From: Clostridia bacterium
Lineage (GTDB): Bacteria > Bacillota > Clostridia > UMGS1810
Direction: 5' to 3'
DNA length: 64,000 nt
Assembly (NCBI GenBank): GCA_045646525.1
Contig: JAZRKX010000038.1
Span: 8,885-72,884 of the forward strand
In this document: positions 17,556 through 27,858 of the stretch, one piece after another
How positions within the stretch are numbered: position 1 is the first letter of the stretch
Layout: every line of letters starts with the position of its first letter
Made by a program: the position numbers and the translations under genes
The notes under the pieces: model-generated
What the model saw: only the letters and a program-made list of their open reading frames with translations
The model's database searches: none
What the model was told of the DNA's origin: nothing

Positions 17556-18383
17556 ATGTATTTTTTTCAGAAAAACAAATTTAAGATACTTCTTATAGCA
17601 GTAACCGTAATTCTAGTTATATGTGTAATTGCGGGCATAACCGCAAAGAAGAAGAGCACAAGCGCGGCAAAGGGTGCTTTAGGTGACATAACTACACCTG
17701 TGCAAAGCGGTGTGTCTTCAGTGTCCAATTCTGTAAGCGGTTTTTTGGGCTACCTTACAAATATGAAAGGCTATGAGAAAGAAAACGAAAAATTAAGAGA
17801 GCGCATTGCAAGCCTTGAAGATGATTTGCGCAAGACGGAAAATCTCAAAGGGGAGAATGAGCGTCTTCGCAAAATTCTGGATTTAAAATCCAAGGAAGAA
17901 AATTATAAATATGTGGTTGCGGATGTAGCAGCATTTGAAATGGACAACTTTTCCAAGTCTTATACTATAAATAAGGGCATAAAAGACGGAATAACCCAGA
18001 ACTGTGCCGTTATAACTCCGTACGGACTTGTAGGTTATGTGTCCGAAGCGGGAAGAAACTGGGCAAAGATCTCTCCCATTGTAGATGCCAGGGTTTCTGT
18101 AAGTGCTACCATTATGCGTGTTTCCAATACAGCCATAGTTCAGGGCGATATGAAGCTAATGGAAGAGGGCCTTTGCAAAATGACCTATGTTTCCAAAGAA
18201 GCAGGTATAGAGATAGGAGACTATATAGAAACATCGGGTGCGGGAGGAATAATTCCCGCAGGAATCTATATAGGCAAAGTCACAGAGGTAAGAAACGATG
18301 TAACAGGCGTTTCACAGGAAGCCATCATAAAACCCGGTGTGGACTTTTCCAATCTTAAAGAGGTTATGGTAATACTTAATTGA
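17556..18383 (+). CDS. mreC: rod shape-determining protein MreC
   Basis: Position after mreB. N-terminal TM helix, then a coiled coil (ENEKLRERIASLEDDLRK), then a beta-rich C-terminus. Confidence 0.85.
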   Translation: MYFFQKNKFKILLIAVTVILVICVIAGITAKKKSTSAAKGALGDITTPVQSGVSSVSNSVSGFLGYLTNMKGYEKENEKLRERIASLEDDLRKTENLKGENERLRKILDLKSKEENYKYVVADVAAFEMDNFSKSYTINKGIKDGITQNCAVITPYGLVGYVSEAGRNWAKISPIVDARVSVSATIMRVSNTAIVQGDMKLMEEGLCKMTYVSKEAGIEIGDYIETSGAGGIIPAGIYIGKVTEVRNDVTGVSQEAIIKPGVDFSNLKEVMVILN

Positions 18384-18396
18384 CGGAGATTTACAC

Positions 18397-18891
18397 ATGT
18401 TTAACTATATATTGTCATATCTGACACTTGCCGTACTGTTTATTGTGCAGACTACTTTGTCTCGCTACATAGACATATTCGGTATAGCACCAAACTTAAT
18501 ATTTGTGTATGTTCTGTGTTACTCTATTTACAATTTTCCTGTTCGCTCTGCGGTGCTGTGCGCTGTTGCGGGACTTGTTGCAGATTTGTATTCAGGACAG
18601 TATGTGGGGCTTAATACACTTTTGTTTATGTATATAGGACTTGCAATATCAAACTTTGCAAGCACACTCATAAAGAAGCATGTTTGGACTGCAGCCGTGG
18701 GAGTACTTGTAGTTTCGCTGATGTATCATACCGTCATACTTGTGGCGGACTATGTTATGCCGGGATACGGCAGTTTTCTGTACCCGTTTGTAAGGATTGC
18801 CTTACCTACGGCGGTATATGATACGGTGGTTTCTTTTGTTATGGCACTGTGGGCGCGAAAGCTCAGCATAGATGAAATAAGGGGATTATAA
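18397..18891 (+). CDS. mreD: rod shape-determining protein MreD
   Basis: Polytopic 164-aa membrane protein immediately after mreC. Confidence 0.8.
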   Translation: MFNYILSYLTLAVLFIVQTTLSRYIDIFGIAPNLIFVYVLCYSIYNFPVRSAVLCAVAGLVADLYSGQYVGLNTLLFMYIGLAISNFASTLIKKHVWTAAVGVLVVSLMYHTVILVADYVMPGYGSFLYPFVRIALPTAVYDTVVSFVMALWARKLSIDEIRGL

Positions 18892-18893
18892 AA

Positions 18894-20948
18894 TTGAGAT
18901 TCAGAGATAAAAATTTCATAATGACATTTGTAGTAACCGTTCTTCTGTGTGCTATAGTTATAAAGCTTACGGTTTTGCAGGTTGTAAACGGCTCGTACTA
19001 TCTTGCCGAGTCAAAAAACAAGCTTACAAATTCCATGGAGGTTACTGCACCAAGAGGAATTATATACGACAGAAACGGCATACCGCTTATTACAAACAGG
19101 GTGGGATTTTCTGTACAGGTTGTATACGGGGAGAGTTCTCAGGACAGGCTTAATGATATACTTTTGAGTCTTGTTGATCTCCTTAATAAAAATGGTGATG
19201 AATATGTTGATTCACTTCCCATATCCTCCAAGAACTATACATTTACATACAAGGATGACAGCAAAAAAACCGCCAAGGAAAAGCGTGCAGAATTCAGAAA
19301 GAAATATGATATACCTGCCTCTGCGACGGGCAGGGAGACTCTTTTAGAACTCTCCGAACGCTACAATCTGGATAAGCGTTATTCCTACAGCGAAATCCGA
19401 AAAATAGTAGGTATGCGCTATGAGCTTGAAACCAGAGGTCTTGCTTACGGTGCACCCGTTACCGTGGCTACAGATGTAAGCATGGAGACTGTATCGGTTT
19501 TAAAGGAAAAGAGCGCATATTATTCAAATATAAATGTAATCACATCGCCGTTCAGACAGTATATGCATGGCTCTATGGGAGCGCACATACTGGGTAGAGT
19601 GGGTGTAATATATCAGGAGGAATATGAGCTTTTAAAAGACAAGAATTACGGCATGAATGACATCATAGGCAAAGACGGTCTTGAAAAGTTTCTGGAGCCT
19701 TATATAAAGGGAACAGACGGAAAGATAAATAAATCAAGAGACATAACCTCAAATACCTATGCCCCCGACGAGACTGCCGCAATACAGGGAAATGATGCAA
19801 TACTCACAATAGATTTTGAACTGCAGAGGGCAGCGGAAGACGCCCTCAAGGAAACCATAGATGCCATAAAGGCAAAGGGACTCATGTCCGACGATAAGGC
19901 GGGTGCCGATGCGGGCGGCGGTGCGGTTGTGGTATTGGATGTAAAAACAGGGGAGATTCTTGCCATGGCAAGCTACCCCGATTTTTACCCTGCAACCTTT
20001 GGCGAGGATTATGACAAGCTTATACAAGACAGCGGCAAACCCATATTCAACCGTGCCATAAGCGGCACTTACCCTCCAGGCTCTGTGTTTAAGCTTGTAA
20101 CGGCAATAGCAGGTCTTGAAGAAAAGGTTATAAGCACTAAGGACACTGTAGTGGACGAGGGAAAATACGAGCACTACGGACAAACCTTTAACTGCTGGAT
20201 ATGGACACAAAGCGGCAAAACCCACGGCGCACAGGATGTGGCAAACGCCATAGGAAATTCGTGCAACTATTATTTTTATGAAGTGGGCAAACGGCTTGGT
20301 GAAAAGAAAATATACGATTATGCAAACCTTATGGGACTTGGCAAAAAAACAGGCATAGAAATAGAGGGAGAAACTGCAGGAATTCTTGCAAACGAGAAGT
20401 ACAAGCAGGAGATATTCCAGCAGATATGGTATCCCGGTGATACTCTGCAGATGGCTATAGGACAGTCGTTCAATGTGTTCACACCTCTCCAGATAGCCAA
20501 TCTTACTGCTACCGTTGCAAACGGCGGCACATGCTACAGACCGCATCTTACAAAGGCTATACGCAGTTCTTTGGATTCAAGCGTAATAGAAGAGTTTAAA
20601 CCCGAAGTCACAGGCAAAATAGAAATGAGCGATGAGACATACAAGGCAGTAACCTACGGAATGTATCTGGGAAGCCGCGAGGGAACATCATCTGCGGTGT
20701 TTGCAGACTTCCCCATAAATGTATGCTCCAAGACTGGCTCGGCGCAGGTAAATACAGGCAGTGCCAACGGTGTATTCGCATCATATGCACCGTATGAGAA
20801 TCCGCAGATAGCCGTAGCTGTAGTTATAGAAAATGCAGGCTCGGGCTCTGCTCTTGCACCTATTGCAAGACGCATATACGAGAAGTATTTCGACATAAAT
20901 CAGGTCTATGAAGATGACAAAGCAGGTAAGAAAAACACGCTTTCATAA
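18894..20948 (+). CDS. mrdA: penicillin-binding protein 2 (class B transpeptidase)
   Basis: 684 aa with a TTG start after AAGGGGA. SVFK (SxxK) and KTGSA (KTG) motifs. Position after mreBCD. Confidence 0.9.
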   Translation: MRFRDKNFIMTFVVTVLLCAIVIKLTVLQVVNGSYYLAESKNKLTNSMEVTAPRGIIYDRNGIPLITNRVGFSVQVVYGESSQDRLNDILLSLVDLLNKNGDEYVDSLPISSKNYTFTYKDDSKKTAKEKRAEFRKKYDIPASATGRETLLELSERYNLDKRYSYSEIRKIVGMRYELETRGLAYGAPVTVATDVSMETVSVLKEKSAYYSNINVITSPFRQYMHGSMGAHILGRVGVIYQEEYELLKDKNYGMNDIIGKDGLEKFLEPYIKGTDGKINKSRDITSNTYAPDETAAIQGNDAILTIDFELQRAAEDALKETIDAIKAKGLMSDDKAGADAGGGAVVVLDVKTGEILAMASYPDFYPATFGEDYDKLIQDSGKPIFNRAISGTYPPGSVFKLVTAIAGLEEKVISTKDTVVDEGKYEHYGQTFNCWIWTQSGKTHGAQDVANAIGNSCNYYFYEVGKRLGEKKIYDYANLMGLGKKTGIEIEGETAGILANEKYKQEIFQQIWYPGDTLQMAIGQSFNVFTPLQIANLTATVANGGTCYRPHLTKAIRSSLDSSVIEEFKPEVTGKIEMSDETYKAVTYGMYLGSREGTSSAVFADFPINVCSKTGSAQVNTGSANGVFASYAPYENPQIAVAVVIENAGSGSALAPIARRIYEKYFDINQVYEDDKAGKKNTLS

Positions 20949-21023
20949 TATTTTTAAAAATATTGCAAAAAAATGTAGCCAAAAGGTAAAAAATGTGATA
21001 GAATATTTGAGTGGGAGGATATC

Positions 21024-21788
21024 ATGCCCAAAATTGTAGTTTTTACTTCCCCAAAGGGCGGTTGCGGAGCAACCTTTGCCTGTGCGTGCATGTGCCGCGC
21101 ACTTGCCCGAAAGGAGCAAAAGGTACTTGCTCTTGATATGTGCTTTGAGCGTTGCTCTCTGGATTTTGCTCTTGGTTTTCAGGATGAATATGTATATACT
21201 CTGTCCGACGTAATAGACGGAAGCTGCAACTTGTCGGAAGCTGTGTGCAGAGACGAAGTGGATTTTCTGCGTGCGGACTACGATAGTGAATTTTTCGATT
21301 ATGACAAGGCACTGGGTATTATTAAAAACTCCAACTATGATTATGTACTTATAGATGCACATTCTTATGACAGGAACTGTATAGAGAGTTTAAACAGTGC
21401 GGCAGACACATTTATAGCGGTTACAGACTGCTCGGACATATCCGTTAAGCTTACCCAGAGCTTTACAGAAGATATATCAGAACATAGTAGCGTGCATGTG
21501 CTTATAAACAAAATAGTACCGTACTATATAAGAGACAATCTGCACCTTACCATAGATGATGTCATAGATAGAATCGGCCATAATCTTATCGGACTTGTGC
21601 CGTGGGATTGTATGGCGCAGTTTATCACAGGAGGTAAGTGGCACACATTAGGTGATTATCCAGGCTTAAACGAGCCGTTTTCAAATATTGCAACACGCCT
21701 TATGGGCGAAAGGAAAGCAGCATGCGATATAGAAAATCTCTTTAAAACCGCGACAACATACAAATACTTAACGAAGGGACGGAAATGA
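21024..21788 (+). CDS. MinD/ParA-like protein with degenerate Walker A
   Basis: MinD-like layout: [14 protein letters not shown]...VLALD...YVLIDAHS. The deviant Walker A reads KGGCGAT instead of KGGxGK[ST]. The switch I DxD is replaced by DMC. Confidence 0.55.
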   Translation: MPKIVVFTSPKGGCGATFACACMCRALARKEQKVLALDMCFERCSLDFALGFQDEYVYTLSDVIDGSCNLSEAVCRDEVDFLRADYDSEFFDYDKALGIIKNSNYDYVLIDAHSYDRNCIESLNSAADTFIAVTDCSDISVKLTQSFTEDISEHSSVHVLINKIVPYYIRDNLHLTIDDVIDRIGHNLIGLVPWDCMAQFITGGKWHTLGDYPGLNEPFSNIATRLMGERKAACDIENLFKTATTYKYLTKGRK

Positions 21789-21789
21789 A

Positions 21790-22203
21790 ATGAACATTGC
21801 ACTTATTGCTCATGACAAGAAAAAAGAACTTATGGTACAGTTTTGCATTGCCTATAAGGGTATTTTTGCCAAACATCATTTGGTTGCCACAGGAACTACA
21901 GGCGCATTTATAACCGATGCCACAGGTCTTGAGGTTCATAAATTTCTTTCCGGCTCACAGGGTGGAGACCAGCAGATTGCAGCAAGGATTGCCTATAACG
22001 AAATAGACCTTGTACTGTTTTTCAGAGACCCGCTTACAGCAGAGAATTACGAGCCCGATGTACTCAATGTGCTTCGCCTTTGCGATATACACAACATCCC
22101 CGTAGCAACAAATGTTGCCACAGCGGAGGTGCTTGTATTAGGTCTCGACGGCGGTTATCTCGATTGGAGAGACATAGTAAATCCCAAACCCAAAAAGGAC
22201 TAA
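21790..22203 (+). CDS. mgsA: methylglyoxal synthase
   Basis: [13 protein letters not shown]...LVATGTTG...GGDQQI motifs. Confidence 0.9.
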   Translation: MNIALIAHDKKKELMVQFCIAYKGIFAKHHLVATGTTGAFITDATGLEVHKFLSGSQGGDQQIAARIAYNEIDLVLFFRDPLTAENYEPDVLNVLRLCDIHNIPVATNVATAEVLVLGLDGGYLDWRDIVNPKPKKD

Positions 22204-22221
22204 TACATTTTACTTACGGAG

Positions 22222-22725
22222 GTGCTTTCTTTGAAAAAGGTAGCAGTTATAATGGGCAGCGACAGTGATTTGCCCATAGTTGAAAAAGCAATAGACACTC
22301 TTAAAGAGTTTGAAATACCGTTTGAGGTGCATGTGTATTCTGCACATCGCACTCCTTCGGAAACCAAGGATTTTGTATCCTCTGCCGAGGAGAACGGCTT
22401 TGGTGTTATTATAGCGGCAGCAGGTATGGCGGCACACCTTGCAGGTGCGGTTGCGGCAAATACTGTTTTGCCTGTTATAGGCATACCTGTAAGCGCCAAG
22501 AAGCTCGACGGACTCGACGCGCTTCTTTCTACCGTACAGATGCCCTCGGGAATTCCTGTGGCAACTGTAGCAATAGACGGTGCAAAAAATGCAGCTATTC
22601 TTGCAGCACAGATAATAGCTCTGTCCGACAAAACCCTTTCCGATAAGCTCAAGGCGGACAGACAGAAAGCTTCCCTTAATGTTTTGGAAAAAAACAAGAA
22701 GATAGAGGGGCTTTACAACGCATAA
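22222..22725 (+). CDS. purE: 5-(carboxyamino)imidazole ribonucleotide mutase
   Basis: [13 protein letters not shown]...SAHRTP motifs. The true start may be the TTG at 22231, after GGAGG. Confidence 0.9.
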   Translation: MLSLKKVAVIMGSDSDLPIVEKAIDTLKEFEIPFEVHVYSAHRTPSETKDFVSSAEENGFGVIIAAAGMAAHLAGAVAANTVLPVIGIPVSAKKLDGLDALLSTVQMPSGIPVATVAIDGAKNAAILAAQIIALSDKTLSDKLKADRQKASLNVLEKNKKIEGLYNA

Positions 22726-22732
22726 TTATTGC

Positions 22733-22769
22733 AATAAGCGGAATATGGTTCCGCTTATTTGTATTTTTA
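22733..22769 (+). terminator. hairpin terminator between purE and purF
   Basis: AATAAGCGGAA-TATGG-TTCCGCTTATT followed by a T-rich tract. Confidence 0.6.
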
Positions 22770-22804
22770 TTTAGTATATTCTTTGGCGGAAAATATGCCA
22801 CATT

Positions 22805-24262
22805 ATGAAAGGAACGGCGATGTTTATGACAAAAATTCATGAAGAATGTGGAGTTTTTGGTATTATAAGTCCACAAAAGAGCCATGTTGCAGCAAGCACC
22901 TATTACGGACTTTTTGCACTTCAGCACAGAGGACAGGAAAGCTGTGGAATAGTGGTAAATGACGACGGTGTTTTTAAATATCACAGAGACGAGGGCATAG
23001 TAAACGACGTCTTTACCCATGAGGTTATGGACAAGCTCGGCATGGGCAATATGGCACTCGGTCATGTTCGTTACGGCACCTCGGACACAAAGGGAAGAGC
23101 AAATGCCCAGCCTATGGTTGTAAACCATATAAAAGGTCACACAGCACTTGCCTTTAACGGCAGTATTATAAACTACGATGAGCTCCGCAAGGAACTGGAG
23201 CTTAGCGGTGCTATATTCCATACAAACAGCGACATAGAGGTTATAGCTTACGAAGTTATAAAGCATCGCCTTACAGAGTCCTCGCTTGAAAAGGCTCTCG
23301 AAAAAGCAATGGACAAAATAAAGGGTGCATATTCCATTGTTATGATGTCTCCCACAAAGCTTATTGCCGCAAGGGATAAGCACGGATTCAGACCGCTTTG
23401 CTTCGGACAGACCGCTGACGGCTCTTATGTTGTAGCTTCGGAAAGCTGTGCTCTGGATTCCGTAAGTGCTGCTCTTATACGCGAGCTTGAGCCCGGCGAA
23501 ATCGTTGTCTTTGACAAAGATGGTGTAAGAGAAAACAAAACACATTGCAACAAATGCGACAAAGCACTTTGTATATTTGAATACATCTACTTTGCAAGAC
23601 CCGATTCCGTTATAGAGGGCAAGAGCGTTCATAAGGCAAAATTAAACGCAGGTAAATATCTTGCCAAGGAACATCCTGTAGAGGCGGATGTTGTAATAGG
23701 TGTTCCCGATTCGGGACTCGATGCCGCCATGGGCTACGCCAGAGAATCGGGCATACCGTACGGCATAGGCTTTGTCAAGAATAAATATATAGGCAGAACA
23801 TTCATTGTTCCGGGACAGGATGTCCGTGAAGACAAGGTTAAAATAAAGTTAAATGTAATAGCAGATACCGTAAAGGATAAAAGGGTTGTGCTTGTAGATG
23901 ACTCTATAGTAAGAGGAACAACAAGCGCCATAATAGTAAGACTTCTTCGTGAGGCAGGCGCAAAGGAAGTTCACCTGCGTTCATCTGCACCTGCATTTAT
24001 GAATCCCTGTTACTACGGTACGGATATCGCATCAAGAGATGTTCTTATAGCATGCAATTACACTCATAGCGAAATGGAAAAGATAATCGGTGTAGATTCT
24101 CTTGGATTCCTTAGTGTAGACAGTCTTTGCAAGCTCATAGATGTTCCCGATAAATGCGGATACTGCGATGCTTGCTTTACAAACAATTATCCCACAGAAG
24201 TTCCGCCCGAGAGGGAAGAGCGTAAATATAACAAAAAACTTTCAGAGAAAGAGGTTGAATAA
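22805..24262 (+). CDS. purF: amidophosphoribosyltransferase
   Basis: Propeptide followed by the CGVFGI nucleophile Cys, plus a PRTase motif ([13 protein letters not shown]). The real start is probably the in-frame ATG at 22820 or 22826. Confidence 0.92.
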   Translation: MKGTAMFMTKIHEECGVFGIISPQKSHVAASTYYGLFALQHRGQESCGIVVNDDGVFKYHRDEGIVNDVFTHEVMDKLGMGNMALGHVRYGTSDTKGRANAQPMVVNHIKGHTALAFNGSIINYDELRKELELSGAIFHTNSDIEVIAYEVIKHRLTESSLEKALEKAMDKIKGAYSIVMMSPTKLIAARDKHGFRPLCFGQTADGSYVVASESCALDSVSAALIRELEPGEIVVFDKDGVRENKTHCNKCDKALCIFEYIYFARPDSVIEGKSVHKAKLNAGKYLAKEHPVEADVVIGVPDSGLDAAMGYARESGIPYGIGFVKNKYIGRTFIVPGQDVREDKVKIKLNVIADTVKDKRVVLVDDSIVRGTTSAIIVRLLREAGAKEVHLRSSAPAFMNPCYYGTDIASRDVLIACNYTHSEMEKIIGVDSLGFLSVDSLCKLIDVPDKCGYCDACFTNNYPTEVPPEREERKYNKKLSEKEVE

Positions 24263-24263
24263 A

Positions 24264-25301
24264 TTGAAAAGTTACAGTGACAGTTACAAAGCAGCCGGAG
24301 TTGATATCACAGCAGGATATCGCGCGGTAGAACTTATGAAAAAGCATATCGCTACAACCATGACCAAGGGCTCTATGTCCGATATAGGCGGTTTCGGCGG
24401 TCTTTTCGAGCTTGATATGACAGGTATCACAAAGCCTGTTCTTGTAAGCGGTACAGACGGCGTAGGCACAAAACTCAAGCTCGCCTTTATAATGGATAAG
24501 CACGATACAGTAGGTATAGACTGTGTGGCAATGTGTGTAAACGATATCATATGTTGCGGAGCAAAGCCACTTTTCTTCCTCGATTATATCGCTTGCGGAA
24601 AGAATGTTCCCGAAAGAATTGCCGATATAGTTAAGGGTATTGCCGATGGCTGTGTGCAGTCTGGTGCGGCTCTTATAGGCGGTGAGACGGCAGAAATGCC
24701 CGGTTTCTATCCCGAGGATGAATACGACCTTGCAGGCTTCTCTGTAGGTATTGTAGATAAAGACAAGGTACTCGACAACAAGACCATAAAGGAAGGCGAT
24801 GTTATAATAGCGCTTCCCTCAAGCGGTGTACATTCCAACGGATTCTCGCTTGTTCGTAAGGTGTTCGATGTAGAGAATGCCGATATCAAGACCCCCGTGG
24901 CAGAGCTTGGCGGAAAGTCTGTTGGCGAAACTCTTCTTACACCCACAAAGATATATGTTAAACCCATGTGTGCGCTTTTTGAAGAAGTTACCGTTAAGGC
25001 GGTATCCCACATCACAGGCGGCGGTTTCTACGAGAATATTCCCAGAAGTATCCCCGAGGGCTTTACTGCCAAGATAAATAAGAGTGCGGTTAAGATTCTC
25101 CCCATATTCGACCTTATCATGAAAAAGGGAGGTATTCCCGAGAGAGATATGTTCAATACCTTCAACATGGGCGTAGGCATGAGCATAGTAGTAGATAAAA
25201 ACGATGCCGAAAAGGCACTTTCCGTTCTCAAGGCAAACGGTGAGGATGCATACATAATCGGAGAAATCGTAGAGGGTGAGGAGAGCGTAGTATTATGCTA
25301 A
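24264..25301 (+). CDS. purM: phosphoribosylformylglycinamidine cyclo-ligase (AIR synthetase)
   Basis: Track ORF 24141..25301 overlaps purF. The in-frame TTG at 24264 gives [15 protein letters not shown], the canonical PurM N-terminus. Confidence 0.9.
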   Translation: MKSYSDSYKAAGVDITAGYRAVELMKKHIATTMTKGSMSDIGGFGGLFELDMTGITKPVLVSGTDGVGTKLKLAFIMDKHDTVGIDCVAMCVNDIICCGAKPLFFLDYIACGKNVPERIADIVKGIADGCVQSGAALIGGETAEMPGFYPEDEYDLAGFSVGIVDKDKVLDNKTIKEGDVIIALPSSGVHSNGFSLVRKVFDVENADIKTPVAELGGKSVGETLLTPTKIYVKPMCALFEEVTVKAVSHITGGGFYENIPRSIPEGFTAKINKSAVKILPIFDLIMKKGGIPERDMFNTFNMGVGMSIVVDKNDAEKALSVLKANGEDAYIIGEIVEGEESVVLC

Positions 25302-25903
25302 AGGCTAAGGTTTGTGTCCTTGTGTCCGGAGGCGGTACCAATCTCCAGGCAATAATAGATGCGGCTGGCTCCGGCATAATATCCTCTGCGGAAATTTCGG
25401 CGGTAATAGCCTCAAACCCGAGCGCCTATGCTCTGGAAAGGGCAAAGATGAGCGGTATCCCCGCAGAAGTAGTTTATAAGAAAGAAATGCCCTCGCAGGA
25501 GGCATTTGAACAAAAGCTTATAGAGACCATAGAACACTACGGGGCTGACATAATAGTTCTTGCAGGCTTTATGTGCATACTTTCGGAGAATTTCACCAAG
25601 AGATATCCCGAAAGAATAATAAATGTACACCCCTCGCTCATACCTTCTTTTTGCGGCAAGGGCTTCTACGGTCTTAAGGTGCACGAAGCGGCGCTCCAAT
25701 ATGGTGTTAAGGTAACAGGTGCTACAGTTCACTTTGTAAACGAAATTCCCGACGGCGGCAGAATAATAATGCAAAAAGCTGTTGCCATAGAGGATGGAGA
25801 CACTCCCGAAATACTTCAGAGGAGAGTAATGGAAGAGGCAGAGTGGATTATACTCCCCGAATCTGTGGAAAAAGTGGCAAAAGAAATTATTGATAGGAGA
25901 TAA
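25295..25903 (+). CDS. purN: phosphoribosylglycinamide formyltransferase
   Basis: [15 protein letters not shown] and NVHPSLIP motifs. Confidence 0.9.
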   Translation: MLKAKVCVLVSGGGTNLQAIIDAAGSGIISSAEISAVIASNPSAYALERAKMSGIPAEVVYKKEMPSQEAFEQKLIETIEHYGADIIVLAGFMCILSENFTKRYPERIINVHPSLIPSFCGKGFYGLKVHEAALQYGVKVTGATVHFVNEIPDGGRIIMQKAVAIEDGDTPEILQRRVMEEAEWIILPESVEKVAKEIIDRR

Positions 25904-25907
25904 AATC

Positions 25908-26630
25908 ATGAATGTATACGAAACAAACAGTATCGGTTCACTTGTTAAGGACAATTCATATGTAGGCAGAGGCATTGTTATCGGCAAAAGTGCCGATGGC
26001 GAAAATGCGGTTTTTGCTTATTTCATCATGGGCAGAAGTGAAAACAGCCGCAACAGAATATTTAAAATAGAGGGTGAGGACGTTACCATATATCCTTTCG
26101 ATGCTTCCAAGGTAGAAGACCCCTCGCTTATTATCTACTCTCCCGTTCGTAAGATAGGAGACAGTATCATAGTAACAAACGGTGACCAGACCGATACGGT
26201 ATACGATTTTATAAAGGACGGCAAAACTTTCGAGGAGGCTCTGGAAACCAGAGAATTTGAACCCGACTCTCCCAACTGGACACCCAGAATAAGCGGTATA
26301 TTAAACTTTTCAAAAAGCGATTTTTCGTACAAGATGAGTATATTAAAAAGTGCCGACGCCAAGGGCAGCGAGTGCAACAGATACACATTCTCCTATAAGG
26401 CACTTAAGGGACTTGGACATTTTATCCATACATACAACTGCGACGGAAATCCCATACCCACCTTTACAGGCGAGCCTGAAAGGGTAGAGATACCAAACGA
26501 TATCGATGCATTTACAAACGATATATGGCAGAACTTAAATGAAGATAACAAAATATCTCTTTATGTAAGATATGTAAACCTTAAGGACGGCAAGACCGAT
26601 TACAGAATGATAAACAAAAATCAAAAGTGA
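25908..26630 (+). CDS. IMP cyclohydrolase, PurO-like (archaeal-type) family
   Basis: YVGRGIVIGKS.DG...FAYFIMGRSENSRNRIF resembles the PurO-type IMP cyclohydrolase family. It sits immediately before an AICARFT-only purH. Confidence 0.7.
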   Translation: MNVYETNSIGSLVKDNSYVGRGIVIGKSADGENAVFAYFIMGRSENSRNRIFKIEGEDVTIYPFDASKVEDPSLIIYSPVRKIGDSIIVTNGDQTDTVYDFIKDGKTFEEALETREFEPDSPNWTPRISGILNFSKSDFSYKMSILKSADAKGSECNRYTFSYKALKGLGHFIHTYNCDGNPIPTFTGEPERVEIPNDIDAFTNDIWQNLNEDNKISLYVRYVNLKDGKTDYRMINKNQK

Positions 26631-26642
26631 GGAGCAGACCCC

Positions 26643-27827
26643 ATGAAGGAATTTGAGTTAAAATACGGATGCAATCCAAATCAGAAACCGTCTAAGATTT
26701 TTATGTCAAATAGCGAAGACCTTCCTATCGAAATATTAAACGGAAGACCGGGTTATATCAATTTCCTCGATGCTTTCAACAGCTGGCAGCTTGTTAAGGA
26801 AATTAAGGAAGCACTCGGTATGTGTGCGGCTACATCCTTTAAGCATGTAAGTCCCACATCTGCGGCAGTTGGAATCAAGATGGACGAGAAGTTAAAGAAA
26901 GCATGCTTTGTAGATGATATGCCCGGAATTGACGAGTCCCCCCTTGCTACCGCATATGCAAGAGCAAGAGGAACAGACAGAATGTCCTCATTCGGCGATT
27001 GGATTGCACTTTCCGACAAGTGCGATGTAATGACAGCAAAACTCATTGCCCGTGAGGTTTCCGATGGTGTTATAGCACCCGATTATGAGCCTGAGGCACT
27101 TGAGATACTTAAAAATAAGAAAAAGGGCGCTTACAATGTTGTTAAGATAGACCCAAGTTATGTTCCCGAGGAGATAGAGCACAAGGATGTGTTCGGCATC
27201 ACCTTCCAGCAGGGAAGAAACAACTACAAGATAGATGAAACCATCCTTACAAATCTTGTTACAGACAATAAAGAGTTCCCCGACGATGCAAAAAGAGACC
27301 TTATAATAGCCCTTATCACCTTAAAGTATACCCAGTCCAACTCTGTATGCTATGCAAAGGACGGTCAGGCAATAGGTGTAGGCGCAGGTCAGCAGTCCAG
27401 AATTCATTGTACAAGACTTGCAGGAAGCAAAGCGGACAACTGGCATCTCCGCCAGAGCGATAAGGTGCTTAATCTTCCTTTCCTTGATACTGTTAAAAGA
27501 CCCGACAGAGATAACGCAATAGATGTGTACATATCCGACGAAAGCGAAGATTTGCTTAAAGACGGCGAGTGGCAGAAGCTCTTTAAGACAAAACCCGAAG
27601 AGTTTACCAGAGAAGAAAAGAGAGCATATCTTGATACAATAAAGGGCGTAGCATTAGGCTCCGATGCATTCTTCCCGTTTGGCGACAATATCATAAGAGC
27701 GGCAAAAAGCGGTGTAAGCTATGTTGCACAGCCGGGCGGCTCCATTCGCGATGATAATGTTATAGAGGAATGTAACAAGAGAGGCATAGCAATGGCTATG
27801 ACAGGAATGAGACTTTTCCATCACTAA
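26643..27827 (+). CDS. purH: AICAR formyltransferase (PurH C-terminal domain only)
   Basis: 394 aa. KYGCNPNQ...SFKHVSP...GAGQQSRIHCTRLA...ALGSDAFFPF...FHH, with no MGS-like cyclohydrolase domain. Confidence 0.85.
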   Translation: MKEFELKYGCNPNQKPSKIFMSNSEDLPIEILNGRPGYINFLDAFNSWQLVKEIKEALGMCAATSFKHVSPTSAAVGIKMDEKLKKACFVDDMPGIDESPLATAYARARGTDRMSSFGDWIALSDKCDVMTAKLIAREVSDGVIAPDYEPEALEILKNKKKGAYNVVKIDPSYVPEEIEHKDVFGITFQQGRNNYKIDETILTNLVTDNKEFPDDAKRDLIIALITLKYTQSNSVCYAKDGQAIGVGAGQQSRIHCTRLAGSKADNWHLRQSDKVLNLPFLDTVKRPDRDNAIDVYISDESEDLLKDGEWQKLFKTKPEEFTREEKRAYLDTIKGVALGSDAFFPFGDNIIRAAKSGVSYVAQPGGSIRDDNVIEECNKRGIAMAMTGMRLFHH

Positions 27828-27858
27828 AATTCAAATTTTCAATAGTGCGAGGTAACAT

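Noticed and set aside
22726-22804. A purine riboswitch or other leader upstream of purE, purF or the uracil permease.
   Set aside because: The intergenic regions are too short (18, 79 and about 85 nt). I could not find the conserved purine-riboswitch junction sequence. I saw only a simple hairpin terminator after purE, and the AATTCCGGAGGGAT before pyrP is better explained as the RBS.
22676-23632. A 318-aa ORF on the minus strand. Similar long antisense ORFs occur at 27831..28559, 44229..44864, 19749..20546, 50754..51377, 16058..16579, 12751..13260 and 62-66-kb style entries in the track.
   Set aside because: Each lies entirely antisense to a gene with unmistakable family motifs (purF, purD, ispA, mrdA, pyrP, maf/mreB, pgsA). 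Their translations are low-complexity or Cys/Ser/Leu-rich with no RBS, so they are shadow ORFs.
24141-24263. N-terminal extensions suggested by the ORF track: purM from 24141, nusB from 42080, the permease from 33986, mreB from 16483, U32 from 13352, asp23 from 41778 and nudC from 60437.
   Set aside because: The extensions overlap the preceding gene and lack an RBS. Canonical family N-termini begin at internal in-frame starts that do have Shine-Dalgarno sequences.
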